DNA of 64,000 bases from a virus, in the IMG/VR virus record IMGVR_UViG_3300048694_001134, positions 1 to 64,000 of that record; one strand, given 5' to 3'. The stretch's first letter is position 1. Each line of letters starts with the position of its first letter. Below the pieces are notes generated by a model that ran no database searches, had not been told where the DNA came from, and worked only from the letters and a program-made list of their open reading frames with translations. Made by a program: the position numbers and the translations under genes. Shown in pieces: positions 1-8,323 of this stretch.

Positions 1-1179
1 ACCGCCGCCGGCCGTTGCTGCTGCGGGAGCAGAAGGCGATTCTTTCAGGTTTTTGATTTCAAGATCAATTGCTGTTTTTCTCTTTGTAGCCTCACCCTCC
101 ATCCAATCCATATTGGATTTTGTTTTTTCTATTTGTGCTCTGCCTTCTTCTGTATCAGCTTGACCTCTTTTGTGTATACCTTGAATAGCGCTTTCTGATA
201 TTTGCCGTTTGTAAGCAATACGTTTGTCAAGGCTTTCTTTTTCTTTTTTAAGCGCGGCTATTTTTTCTTCTTTTGTTGGCCCAACTGTTGTTACGGTTTC
301 TGCTGGTGCAGATGCGGCCGCCGGCGGCGGTTGCATTGGTGTTGCAGCTGGTGGTGGCGCTTGTGGGGTGACAGGAGTGGCAGCTGGTTCTGTCGCTGCA
401 GGTGTTTGTGGAAGAGCGGATGCAAGCGACGTCATTGACGTCATCATTGATCCTAAAGTTTGAGCGGGTGATGCTTCTTCTGCTGCAGGTGACGCTGACG
501 CGGCGGCAGGCGGCGGTGGTATAGCGTCCGTTTTGACTTCAGGCAGTTGAGGTATCGCTCCTTGTGGTACACCTTCTGCTGATGTTGCTATCTGTTCTTC
601 TTCTTGGTCGGCCGAGGACAAAGCATAAGCGGCCGCCGCGGTAGCAGCCGTGCCCACAGCAACAACGCCAGCAACGACAGCGAATCTTTTCAATAGACCG
701 GTTACAGCGGACCGTTGTTTTATAAATGCGCCGGATATCTGACCGAGCACGCCTTCTTTTTTGTCGCCACCTGCACCGCCTGTTGTAGCGGCAGCTGTTG
801 GTTGAAGAACGGCCTTTGTTTCGTTTGCAGCTTCTTCTGCTGCTGCCTTATCACGTGAAAGCTGCTCTTGTTGGAATCGACGAGCCTCTTCCATAGAGGT
901 CACTTGATGGCCCAACATGCCAGCAATATTATAAATGTTGTCAGCAATATTCATTACAACACGTTCAATACGCTCGAGCGTTGCTTGATTACGTTGTATT
1001 ACTGTTTGCTGTTCAGTTAGTGCTTCTACTTGGGGATCCTCGCCTCCATCACCACCAAATTTTGCATCGAGTTTCTTTTCGACAAGACGGCCGACTAACC
1101 CTTTACCAAGAAAGGCTTTGCTAACTTTCCGTAAGGCAAGTTCTTTAGCTGCTTTTTTGTAGTCGGCGTCGAATGCCAT
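1..1179 (-). CDS. Partial (runs off the left end) putative tape-measure / baseplate hub protein, Ala/Pro-rich
   Basis: Not in the ORF track because there is no stop in the window. ATG at 1179 reads MAFDADYKKAAKELALRKVSKAFLGKGLVGRL... open to position 1. Has coiled-coil-like segments, a hydrophobic stretch FAVVAGVVAVGTAATAAAAYAL and a Pro/Ala linker. Lies directly after gp26/gp51. Confidence 0.55.
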   Translation of the reverse strand, partial: MAFDADYKKAAKELALRKVSKAFLGKGLVGRLVEKKLDAKFGGDGGEDPQVEALTEQQTVIQRNQATLERIERVVMNIADNIYNIAGMLGHQVTSMEEARRFQQEQLSRDKAAAEEAANETKAVLQPTAAATTGGAGGDKKEGVLGQISGAFIKQRSAVTGLLKRFAVVAGVVAVGTAATAAAAYALSSADQEEEQIATSAEGVPQGAIPQLPEVKTDAIPPPPAAASASPAAEEASPAQTLGSMMTSMTSLASALPQTPAATEPAATPVTPQAPPPAATPMQPPPAAASAPAETVTTVGPTKEEKIAALKKEKESLDKRIAYKRQISESAIQGIHKRGQADTEEGRAQIEKTKSNMDWMEGEATKRKTAIDLEIKNLKESPSAPAAATAGGG

Positions 1180-1183
1180 TGTG

Positions 1184-1309
1184 TTACTTAGTGCTTAATC
1201 GTTGTTGTTCTTGTTCCAAGTATTCTTTCAGCATATCGACATAGAGATCACGTTCGTAAGGATACAGGTTTTCGAGTTCTGTTAATGAATATTTATGGTG
1301 CTGAACCAT
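1184..1309 (-). CDS. gp51: Short gp51-like baseplate hub assembly protein; the open frame extends upstream to about 1369
   Basis: Manual translation gives (LSHNTVANYYTLLFS)MVQHHKYSLTELENLYPYERDLYVDMLKEYLEQEQQRLSTK*. The QHHKYSLxExEN-PxERxxYV motif is typical of short gp51 proteins of T4-like phages. Confidence 0.8.
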   Translation of the reverse strand: MVQHHKYSLTELENLYPYERDLYVDMLKEYLEQEQQRLSTK

Positions 1310-1350
1310 TGAAAATAACAACGTGTAGTAGTTAGCTACCGTATTGTGGC

Positions 1351-2061
1351 TCAGCCCAACGTAAAAAAATCAGTTAGTGACTTCAGTGTTATATTAACCT
1401 TCTTACCGTTTGAGTTTGTATAACTAATCACGTGCTCTATACGAGGCATTGCCTCAATAAACTGTTGAATTGCTTGATACGTTTTAATATCCAAGTCGTT
1501 AATAAATTGCTCGATCTCCGCTTGTGTATGATCAGCAAATTTATAAACGTTGTTTTCATCATACGCTGCCTCTAGACATGCTTGAAGGATAGCAAAACTG
1601 AAATCAGCCGCTGAGCTTGTTTTTTCGACAGCCTCAAGAATATTCATCGTTGGGTATTTTAGTAAAAGACCACACCCCGGTGCTGTTTCAAGTCTATTCG
1701 AAACATTACTGTCCTGAGTCACTTCCACTTGATCCAAGTCAACCTCGACGTTGTATATCTGACCATCTTCGTTGTCTTTGTAGGCAAGTGTAACAAGGTT
1801 TTGAACAGATCTAGCCCTTAGCTTGATAAAGAAATACTCCAGATCAAACGTAGTAAACGTTTCTACGTTTACGTTTGGGTCCATAATACAATTTTGTACG
1901 ACCTGTTTTATTGCACGGACCATGTCAGCTTGATCTTCACCAGCCTGAGCAATGAGAAGGATCTTTTCTTCCCTAACTAGGAAAGGACGGAAGGTGATTG
2001 TTTGCTTCGTTGAAGGAAGAACAAGACTAAACGTTGGATGGCTTGCGATAGGTAACGCCAT
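1351..2061 (-). CDS. gp26: Baseplate hub assembly protein gp26
   Basis: MALPI...LVLPST...FRPFLVREEKILL, FDLEYFFIKLRARSV and C-terminal DFF are gp26 motifs. Confidence 0.9.
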   Translation of the reverse strand: MALPIASHPTFSLVLPSTKQTITFRPFLVREEKILLIAQAGEDQADMVRAIKQVVQNCIMDPNVNVETFTTFDLEYFFIKLRARSVQNLVTLAYKDNEDGQIYNVEVDLDQVEVTQDSNVSNRLETAPGCGLLLKYPTMNILEAVEKTSSAADFSFAILQACLEAAYDENNVYKFADHTQAEIEQFINDLDIKTYQAIQQFIEAMPRIEHVISYTNSNGKKVNITLKSLTDFFTLG

Positions 2062-2080
2062 AATAAACTCCTCAAATCAG

Positions 2081-2893
2081 TTAAAATATATTTTTGATAG
2101 TTGTAGCAGAGGCGAGAGCATCTTGGACGCCACGTGGTCTCTTCAGTGACGCAATCGTCTGGACAGCAGTACCAATCTTCACTAGCTTTTGGAAAGGTGT
2201 TAGTTGATTGAGACCGTTCTTTGTAAGCGCAAGGGGCTGGTCAACGTTTGCTAGCTCTGCCTGTAGGTAACAAAACGTGACAGAAAACTTCATCATGTTG
2301 CCATCTTCCCAGCTAAGCGAAACATCTGGCAATGTTTTTGGAAACGCGTTGAGAAGTTTGTAATCGAAAATTACATCACCCTGCTCGTTGTATGTCTTTA
2401 TATTGATTGTCGTTTCATAGTCACGTTTGAATTCGACTTCGTATGGAGCAAGACCGTTGTAACCAGTACGAGCGCCTGATACGTTATAATCCGAGCGTAC
2501 AATTCCCTGCATCCACCGGTAGAAGAACTTATACACATCCCCTTTCCCGTCTCCGATAAAGGAAAGTGTTATATCATTTACTCCGGAGGCGTAGGGGGAA
2601 TTGTCTTGTGGGCCAACACCGAAACGTTTGATACTATCGTCTGTCTGAATATTCAAACCAGGAAGCTGGGCACCCTCCGCATAGAGGGAAATCTTTTCAG
2701 CAACGGGGGAACCGGAAAGGATCCTTGGTGCCGACATTGTAACATCGAACAGGTTCGTACGCGCAACGGAAGTTTCACGGATTTCGGCCATGAACTTAGA
2801 AAGTTTACCGCCCGGTGAGGAGCTACCTCCACCGAGTAGTGACTTCAATGCAACGGCCGTGCCGATTGCATTCATTGCTGTGTTTAAGGACAT
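2081..2893 (-). CDS. Tail-tube-fold protein (gp54-like tube initiator / gp19 paralogue)
   Basis: ARTNLFDV, AQLPG, FFYRWM and NAFPKTLPDVSLSW...FSVTF match the gp19/gp54 fold pattern; position next to gp2 and gp26. Confidence 0.65.
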   Translation of the reverse strand: MSLNTAMNAIGTAVALKSLLGGGSSSPGGKLSKFMAEIRETSVARTNLFDVTMSAPRILSGSPVAEKISLYAEGAQLPGLNIQTDDSIKRFGVGPQDNSPYASGVNDITLSFIGDGKGDVYKFFYRWMQGIVRSDYNVSGARTGYNGLAPYEVEFKRDYETTINIKTYNEQGDVIFDYKLLNAFPKTLPDVSLSWEDGNMMKFSVTFCYLQAELANVDQPLALTKNGLNQLTPFQKLVKIGTAVQTIASLKRPRGVQDALASATTIKNIF

Positions 2894-3502
2894 TTACACT
2901 CCGATTATCTGGCGACTGTCGCGCCACACTTTTTGTTTGTTAGCACCAACGAACCTTTCAAGTGGGAGAAACAGCGCCGTGTCCCATTGTTCATAAGGAA
3001 TCCAAAGGTATCTTGATTTTACATGGTTATTTAGGTAGTGCTTGACACATGGCTTGAAAAATCTAAAACGAGCAGACCTGTTCAATATGTCATATGTTAG
3101 CTTAAGGCGCGTTGTATCGTCTTTGTTTTTGTTATTTGCAGTTGCATACAGAGCATCCATTAGACGGGCTCGAAGCATATGTGGTAGGTAGTGCATATTG
3201 ATTCCGTAGAACCCACCTTGTGCTTGTTGGAACGGAAACACGAGCGGAAATCTATCGTAGTATGGGAGTGTATCTTTTGTTTTGGGATCATACATGAACA
3301 GGTACATTCGGCCAATACTCTGCGGGACCAGCCGAGTAACAAGTCTATCTGATTGTTGCGTAACAAGAGACTTAGGATTTTGAATTGACTTCACGGACAT
3401 GGCTTGTTCGCGGAGCCAATTTCTTGCATTGCTTTGAGAAGTTACAGGATCCCTTGCTGTCGTGAGTATCTCTGTGAAAAGTTGTGTGCGTTCTGTTGCC
3501 AT
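2894..3502 (-). CDS. gp2: DNA end protector protein gp2
   Basis: GRMYLFMYDPKTKDTLPYYDRFPLVF, GINMHYL and KPCVKHYL motifs. Start taken at MATERT (3502), which overlaps the gp4 stop (TGATG). Confidence 0.9.
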   Translation of the reverse strand: MATERTQLFTEILTTARDPVTSQSNARNWLREQAMSVKSIQNPKSLVTQQSDRLVTRLVPQSIGRMYLFMYDPKTKDTLPYYDRFPLVFPFQQAQGGFYGINMHYLPHMLRARLMDALYATANNKNKDDTTRLKLTYDILNRSARFRFFKPCVKHYLNNHVKSRYLWIPYEQWDTALFLPLERFVGANKQKVWRDSRQIIGV

Positions 3503-3942
3503 CAGTATTTGATTCCTAGTTCGTGTTCTGTCATTATCATAAACTTCCATTTACGGTCGGCACAGAACTTTCTGGCCGCCTCCCATTTAGCACTATTTAC
3601 ACCCCATTTGTAAACTTCTTCTAAATATTGTTTGGTCGGTCTTTTTTTAACTACGGGCGGTCCTGTTTCCTTTGCAGGCTTTATTTCAATAACCACCGTT
3701 TCCTCAATGCCGGTTGTATTGATCTTCTTGACGAGGAAATCAGGGAAATAGCGATGAACTCGCCCATCAATCGGTGAACGGTATGGTATTGAAAACTCTT
3801 CACTGGACCATTGTTCAATATCTTTATGCGTGTCTAAATAAGACATAAAGCGAAGCTCCCACGAACTTCTGTAAACAATTTTCGTAGGATCACCTTTGTA
3901 TTTTGCAGGATTTCTAGGTTTGAAGAAGCCTTTATAACTCAT
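3502..3942 (-). CDS. gp4: Head completion nuclease gp4 (TnsA-like fold)
   Basis: YKG.FKPRNPAKYKGDPTKIVYRSSWE, HRYFPDF, IEIKP and NSAKWEAA motifs. Confidence 0.92.
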   Translation of the reverse strand: MSYKGFFKPRNPAKYKGDPTKIVYRSSWELRFMSYLDTHKDIEQWSSEEFSIPYRSPIDGRVHRYFPDFLVKKINTTGIEETVVIEIKPAKETGPPVVKKRPTKQYLEEVYKWGVNSAKWEAARKFCADRKWKFMIMTEHELGIKY

Positions 3943-3948
3943 AGGAAA

Positions 3949-3956
3949 TATTTATA
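3949..3956 (-). promoter_or_regulatory. T4-type late promoter TATAAATA facing gp4
   Basis: Plus-strand TATTTATA at 3949-3956 reads TATAAATA on the minus strand; a gp55 late sigma factor is encoded in the window. Confidence 0.6.
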
Positions 3957-4999
3957 TGCCAGACGTAAATGTCGCATACAGTCAAAACGGCTCACTGAGT
4001 GCAAAAGCATTTGTCGATAACGTTGCAGATAAAATTAAGAGCGGCGTTGGAAGTCTATCGGAGGCGGCCCAAGGTGCCGCAGGTACAGCTTCGGCAAAAA
4101 TAAAGAGCTTCTTCAAACCAACCGACGTTCAGGGTAACCCAAGAGCAGGGGCTGGAACCTCGCCACAGAAGGCAATGGAAAATAACCAGCGTCCTCTTGG
4201 GCCGTTGGAATACCCAGCACAAATGAAGTACTACACATTATTTTCATTCAAGGAATATCAACGAGGGGTCGCTCTTTCAAAGCCAGCAGATAAAACAACG
4301 GCGCATATTATACTTCCTATTCCAAGTAACCTTACGGAAACATTCGGTGTCGATTACGATACACCCGCTCTTGGCCCTATCGTGGGTGCTGTCGCTTCGT
4401 CTGTACTTGCAGGTCAACGTCAAGCACAAGACTACTCAGGTCCCCCCGTCGACGGAAAGCAGGTTGCAACAGGTGCAGCTGCTGTTGTAGGAGCAGGAGC
4501 CTTGGGTGCAATAAAAGCAACATCAGAGCGCGCCGCTGGTGTTGCTGAAATAGCAGCCGGCGTTGCTCCAAACCCGCACATGGCTGTTGCTTTCAGAAAC
4601 ATAGGCCTGAGAGAGCATTCGTTTTCATACCGTTTAGCTCCAAACTCAGCCGCGGAGCTAGCAAAAGTTAAAGAAATTATTCGTCAGTTAAAAATAAGAA
4701 TGCTTCCAAACGTAACGGAGGGTGCAGATTCTCTTTTCACGTATCCGGATATATGTGATATATCGTTTGCTACAGGTACAATGGAATCTTTCAAAATAAA
4801 GCGCTGTGTTTTGAAAAGCCTTTCTGTCAACTATGCACCAAACGGACCAGCGTTCTTTAAAACAGGCGACCCTGTTATTGTTGAAATAAGTATGACGTTC
4901 ATGGAGTCGACAGTATTTACTCGTCGCGACTTGGGGGAAAAAGCAGCAAGCATTATTCCCTCACCAACAACACCACCATCATCAGCTCCAAAACCTTAA
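3956..4999 (+). CDS. gp48: Baseplate tail tube cap gp48
   Basis: IILPIPSNL, NPHMAVAFRNIGLREHSFSYRLAP.S..E, YPDIC and CVLKSLSVNYAPNG motifs; upstream of gp53. Confidence 0.85.
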   Translation: MPDVNVAYSQNGSLSAKAFVDNVADKIKSGVGSLSEAAQGAAGTASAKIKSFFKPTDVQGNPRAGAGTSPQKAMENNQRPLGPLEYPAQMKYYTLFSFKEYQRGVALSKPADKTTAHIILPIPSNLTETFGVDYDTPALGPIVGAVASSVLAGQRQAQDYSGPPVDGKQVATGAAAVVGAGALGAIKATSERAAGVAEIAAGVAPNPHMAVAFRNIGLREHSFSYRLAPNSAAELAKVKEIIRQLKIRMLPNVTEGADSLFTYPDICDISFATGTMESFKIKRCVLKSLSVNYAPNGPAFFKTGDPVIVEISMTFMESTVFTRRDLGEKAASIIPSPTTPPSSAPKP

Positions 5000-5005
5000 A
5001 AAGAT

Positions 5006-5875
5006 ATGTCTTCATTTTTCAGTCATTTTCCAACAGTTCTTTACGGCAATAATGCAGTAACAAACATTATTGCTAAAGTTAAATTTCAAGAAAGTGTCCA
5101 AAAGAACCTTGCCGTCTTTTATTCTTATACGGTGAAGGAAGGTGAGCGACCAGATCAAATAGCAGAAAACTATTATGAGGATTCGTCATATGATTGGTTG
5201 ATTTATTTCAGTAATGACATTGTTGATCCATATTATGAATGGCCACGCTCGCAAGAGGAAATGGAAAGACTAATTGTTACAAAGTACGGGACAGTCGCAA
5301 ACGCTTCTCTTCAAAAGGCGTTTTATAGAACAAATTATCAGACGGATGACCGCGTAATTTCAACAGCAGCCTTCAACGCTTTACCAGCTGGCGCAAAGCA
5401 ATACTGGCAGCCAATTATAGGTTACAATGAAGCCATTCTCAATTATCAGCGCAAAGAACAAGATTTAATGGTGGAAACAAACGCGCTTGTTACCTTGACA
5501 GGCACTTTCAATGAGGTGCCTACTACCTCGTCCGTAGTCAAATATAAATTACAACAAGATCCACCTTCCGGTGCTGTAGTGGGAACAGTAGCGTTTGCAA
5601 ATACAACCACAGTAATATTAAAACACATCAACGGTGTGTGGAGTACGGGTAACTTCATGGTATATGCTGGTAACAACGCAAGTATAAATGCCACCATAAC
5701 AACTGCTAACGTCACAACGTGGTGTATACCACAGGATGAGTTGACGTATTGGTCGCCTGTTACATACTTTGAATACGAATATGAAATGAACGAGGCAAAA
5801 CGAAACATACAGCTTGTATCGTCCGTTTATGTAAACAAAATTGAACGTGACATGAAAGAATTGTTACAGCAATGA
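5006..5875 (+). CDS. gp53: Baseplate wedge protein gp53 (LysM-like)
   Basis: FFSHFP...YTVKEGERPDQIAENYY...WLI...N.IVDPYYEWP and YEYEMNEAKRNIQL. Confidence 0.88.
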   Translation: MSSFFSHFPTVLYGNNAVTNIIAKVKFQESVQKNLAVFYSYTVKEGERPDQIAENYYEDSSYDWLIYFSNDIVDPYYEWPRSQEEMERLIVTKYGTVANASLQKAFYRTNYQTDDRVISTAAFNALPAGAKQYWQPIIGYNEAILNYQRKEQDLMVETNALVTLTGTFNEVPTTSSVVKYKLQQDPPSGAVVGTVAFANTTTVILKHINGVWSTGNFMVYAGNNASINATITTANVTTWCIPQDELTYWSPVTYFEYEYEMNEAKRNIQLVSSVYVNKIERDMKELLQQ

Positions 5876-7113
5876 AGAGAATTTTTGAACCAGGTGACGT
5901 AAACATTAAACGTCTCGAGCTCGTCAACAAAACGTTGAAAGCAAGTGTATCCCCTATGGATCAGGTCCAGGGGTTTGATATCTTTGAGGACATATCAAAG
6001 CCAACTCTTTACGCTGCAGTCTACTTCAATGACGCTATTGGTTTGCTTGATAACTTTCCAATTATTGGCGAGGAGCAAGTGTTCATTGAATTTGAAACAC
6101 CTGGTATGAGTACGACAACAACCTATAAGTTTCGCTCATTTGAAGTTTGCGACGTTAACAAGGGATTGAACGGTAAGGCAACTACGTTCACTCTTCGTTG
6201 TGTTAGTGAAGAACATCTGACAAACGGGTCGTCGCTCGTTACGCAGTCGTATCAGAACATTATATCGAATATTGTACCAGACGTATTGCAAAACTATCTT
6301 AAAAGCAAGAAACCAATAATTGTTGATGAAACAAAAGGCATTCAAACACTTGCCGTTCCTCGCCTGTCGCCATTACAATTCATTGATATGTGCCGTCAGC
6401 GTGCAGTAAGTAAAGACATGCCACTTTCGTTATACTTTTTCTTTGAAAACCAAAAGGGATTTAACTTCAAAACCCTTGAGGGGCTTGTGAAGGAGGGAAA
6501 GAAAAACATCGGCACTCGCATATTCAATGCACAGGATACAACAGCAGGCACAAAGGAAACAATCACAAACTCGTGGCGGACGATCCTCAATTTTCAAAAT
6601 ATTGTTAATATGGATTCTAACATGAAGGCGATGGATGGTGTTTTCAAGGGCGTGTCAAAAACGTTTGACGTGGCCACAAAGAAGTTTGAGGAAACGCCAT
6701 TTGACTTTCAAAAGGTTTTTAATAAACTTGAAAAGTTTAACAATACAGACCAGATACCTGGGACGGACGCATTCATTAAAGACTTTGGAAGCGGTGTCCC
6801 AAAAAACTTCGTATCTGCAAAAAACACACTAGTACCTGACACGTTGATCGATACTACGCTTGCTTTGAGGGGATCTGTTCTTGCTCTAATCAACTCAAAC
6901 GTAACAAGAGTAATGATTCATGGTGATTCGGGTCTGAAAGTAGGTGATATGGTTACTTTGGAGTTGCCAGCAGCATCGGGGCTTACGGGCAAAAGAAAAG
7001 AAGACAAAACGTTCAGCGGCAACTATCTGGTTACGCGTATAAGACACATGATAACGCCAAGCACAAAATCAAAACACCAAATAGTGTTTGATTGTGTTAC
7101 AATGGGAATGTAA
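5872..7113 (+). CDS. Probable baseplate hub protein (gp27-like)
   Basis: Between gp53 and gp5. IFEDI...PIIGEE, YFFFEN.KGFNFKTL and GDSGLKVGD...SGNYLVTRIRH resemble hub/late-control D proteins. Confidence 0.6.
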   Translation: MKRIFEPGDVNIKRLELVNKTLKASVSPMDQVQGFDIFEDISKPTLYAAVYFNDAIGLLDNFPIIGEEQVFIEFETPGMSTTTTYKFRSFEVCDVNKGLNGKATTFTLRCVSEEHLTNGSSLVTQSYQNIISNIVPDVLQNYLKSKKPIIVDETKGIQTLAVPRLSPLQFIDMCRQRAVSKDMPLSLYFFFENQKGFNFKTLEGLVKEGKKNIGTRIFNAQDTTAGTKETITNSWRTILNFQNIVNMDSNMKAMDGVFKGVSKTFDVATKKFEETPFDFQKVFNKLEKFNNTDQIPGTDAFIKDFGSGVPKNFVSAKNTLVPDTLIDTTLALRGSVLALINSNVTRVMIHGDSGLKVGDMVTLELPAASGLTGKRKEDKTFSGNYLVTRIRHMITPSTKSKHQIVFDCVTMGM

Positions 7114-7114
7114 T

Positions 7115-7894
7115 ATGACAACAGAAGCGTTAGGCCAGGAAGGCTTTAGATGGTTTATTGGTGTCGTTGAGGACAGGGAAGATCCTAAAAAGATTGGCAG
7201 ATTAAAAGTTCGCGCACATGGTATACATGGGGACAAGGTTGAGGCACCAACAGATCAATTACCATGGGCAACAGTAATGATGCCAATGGTTAGCGCAAGC
7301 CTTAAGCGCGTTGGGATCTCTCCAACGGGAATCCAAGTCGGGTCAACAGTTGTAGGATTTTTTATGGACGGACAGGAAGGCATGGTACCAATCATACTTG
7401 GTGTTCTGCCTGGTGTTGATGACATACCGCTTGCAGCGACCGGTCAACAATCAATAAATAAAAATCAAGTAGGGATTGAGCCGACATCAGCATTCAATGC
7501 AAAATATCCATACAATAAAGTCACGCAGACCGAATCAGGGCACTTGATCGAGATTGACGATACTCCGAACAACGAACGACTTCATACATTTCACAGATCA
7601 GGAACGTACGAAGAGATTGATAAAGACGGTCGCCGCGTAAACAAGATTGTTGGTGATGATTTTGAGATCGTCCAGAAAAATCAAACAATTTATATACAAG
7701 GTAACGTTAATATAAAAGTGAATGGAAGCTACACACTCGACGTTGACGGGCCTGTTGTAATCAACGGCTCAACAGTTAACATCAACAAGGGCTCTAACGG
7801 CGCAGCAAGACTCGGCGATCTTGTTACTAACGATGACAACGCTGGCAACCAGCCAATCGCACAAGGTTCTTCGACCGTGCTTATAGGGGGATAA
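7115..7894 (+). CDS. gp5: Short gp5 central spike (OB-fold + beta-helix, no lysozyme domain) with a PAAR-like C-terminus
   Basis: WFIGVVEDREDP..IGRLKVR...LPWA, VVGFFMDG, YPYNKV..TESGH..EIDDTP; ends AARLGD...IAQGSSTVLIGG. Start at MTTEAL (7115). Confidence 0.85.
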   Translation: MTTEALGQEGFRWFIGVVEDREDPKKIGRLKVRAHGIHGDKVEAPTDQLPWATVMMPMVSASLKRVGISPTGIQVGSTVVGFFMDGQEGMVPIILGVLPGVDDIPLAATGQQSINKNQVGIEPTSAFNAKYPYNKVTQTESGHLIEIDDTPNNERLHTFHRSGTYEEIDKDGRRVNKIVGDDFEIVQKNQTIYIQGNVNIKVNGSYTLDVDGPVVINGSTVNINKGSNGAARLGDLVTNDDNAGNQPIAQGSSTVLIGG

Positions 7895-8323
7895 ATGGCA
7901 ATTGTTTTACAAAAGATAAATTCTTCACCACTAAAAACAACAACGGAAGTTTTTTCAGATTTCCTGATTGATTTTGACACTCATCCTGTTAAGCATGACC
8001 TTGTCCGTCACGTAAATGAAGAAGCTGTCAAACGTTCGATTAAAAATCTATTACTCACAAATAGAGGAGATCGATTGTTTAACAGCACGCTCGGTAGCGA
8101 TATACGTGCTTTGTTGTTTGAACAGATGTCTCCCGCAACGGAACAAATCCTCGAAGATCTTATTAAAACAACCGTAGAGAATTATGAGCCAAGAGCAAAG
8201 ATTGAACAAGTTCAAGTTGTTTCGGACATGGACACACAAACTATACAAGCAACGATTGCTTTCACGGTAATAAATAAGCAAGAACCTGTAATTCTCGAAC
8301 TTATTCTCAATAGGATCCGCTAA
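7895..8323 (+). CDS. gp25: Baseplate wedge subunit gp25
   Basis: AVKRSIKNLLLTNRGDRLFNSTLGSDIRALLFE...YEPRA. Confidence 0.92.
   Translation: MAIVLQKINSSPLKTTTEVFSDFLIDFDTHPVKHDLVRHVNEEAVKRSIKNLLLTNRGDRLFNSTLGSDIRALLFEQMSPATEQILEDLIKTTVENYEPRAKIEQVQVVSDMDTQTIQATIAFTVINKQEPVILELILNRIR

Noticed and set aside
202-463. Two short plus-strand ORFs (Cys/Trp-rich and Gly/Ala-rich)
   Set aside because: They are antisense shadows of the long minus-strand frame 1-1179.
3502-3942. TnsA-like nuclease as evidence of a Tn7-like transposon
   Set aside because: Sequence and synteny (next to gp2) match T4 gp4; no other tns genes or transposon ends.
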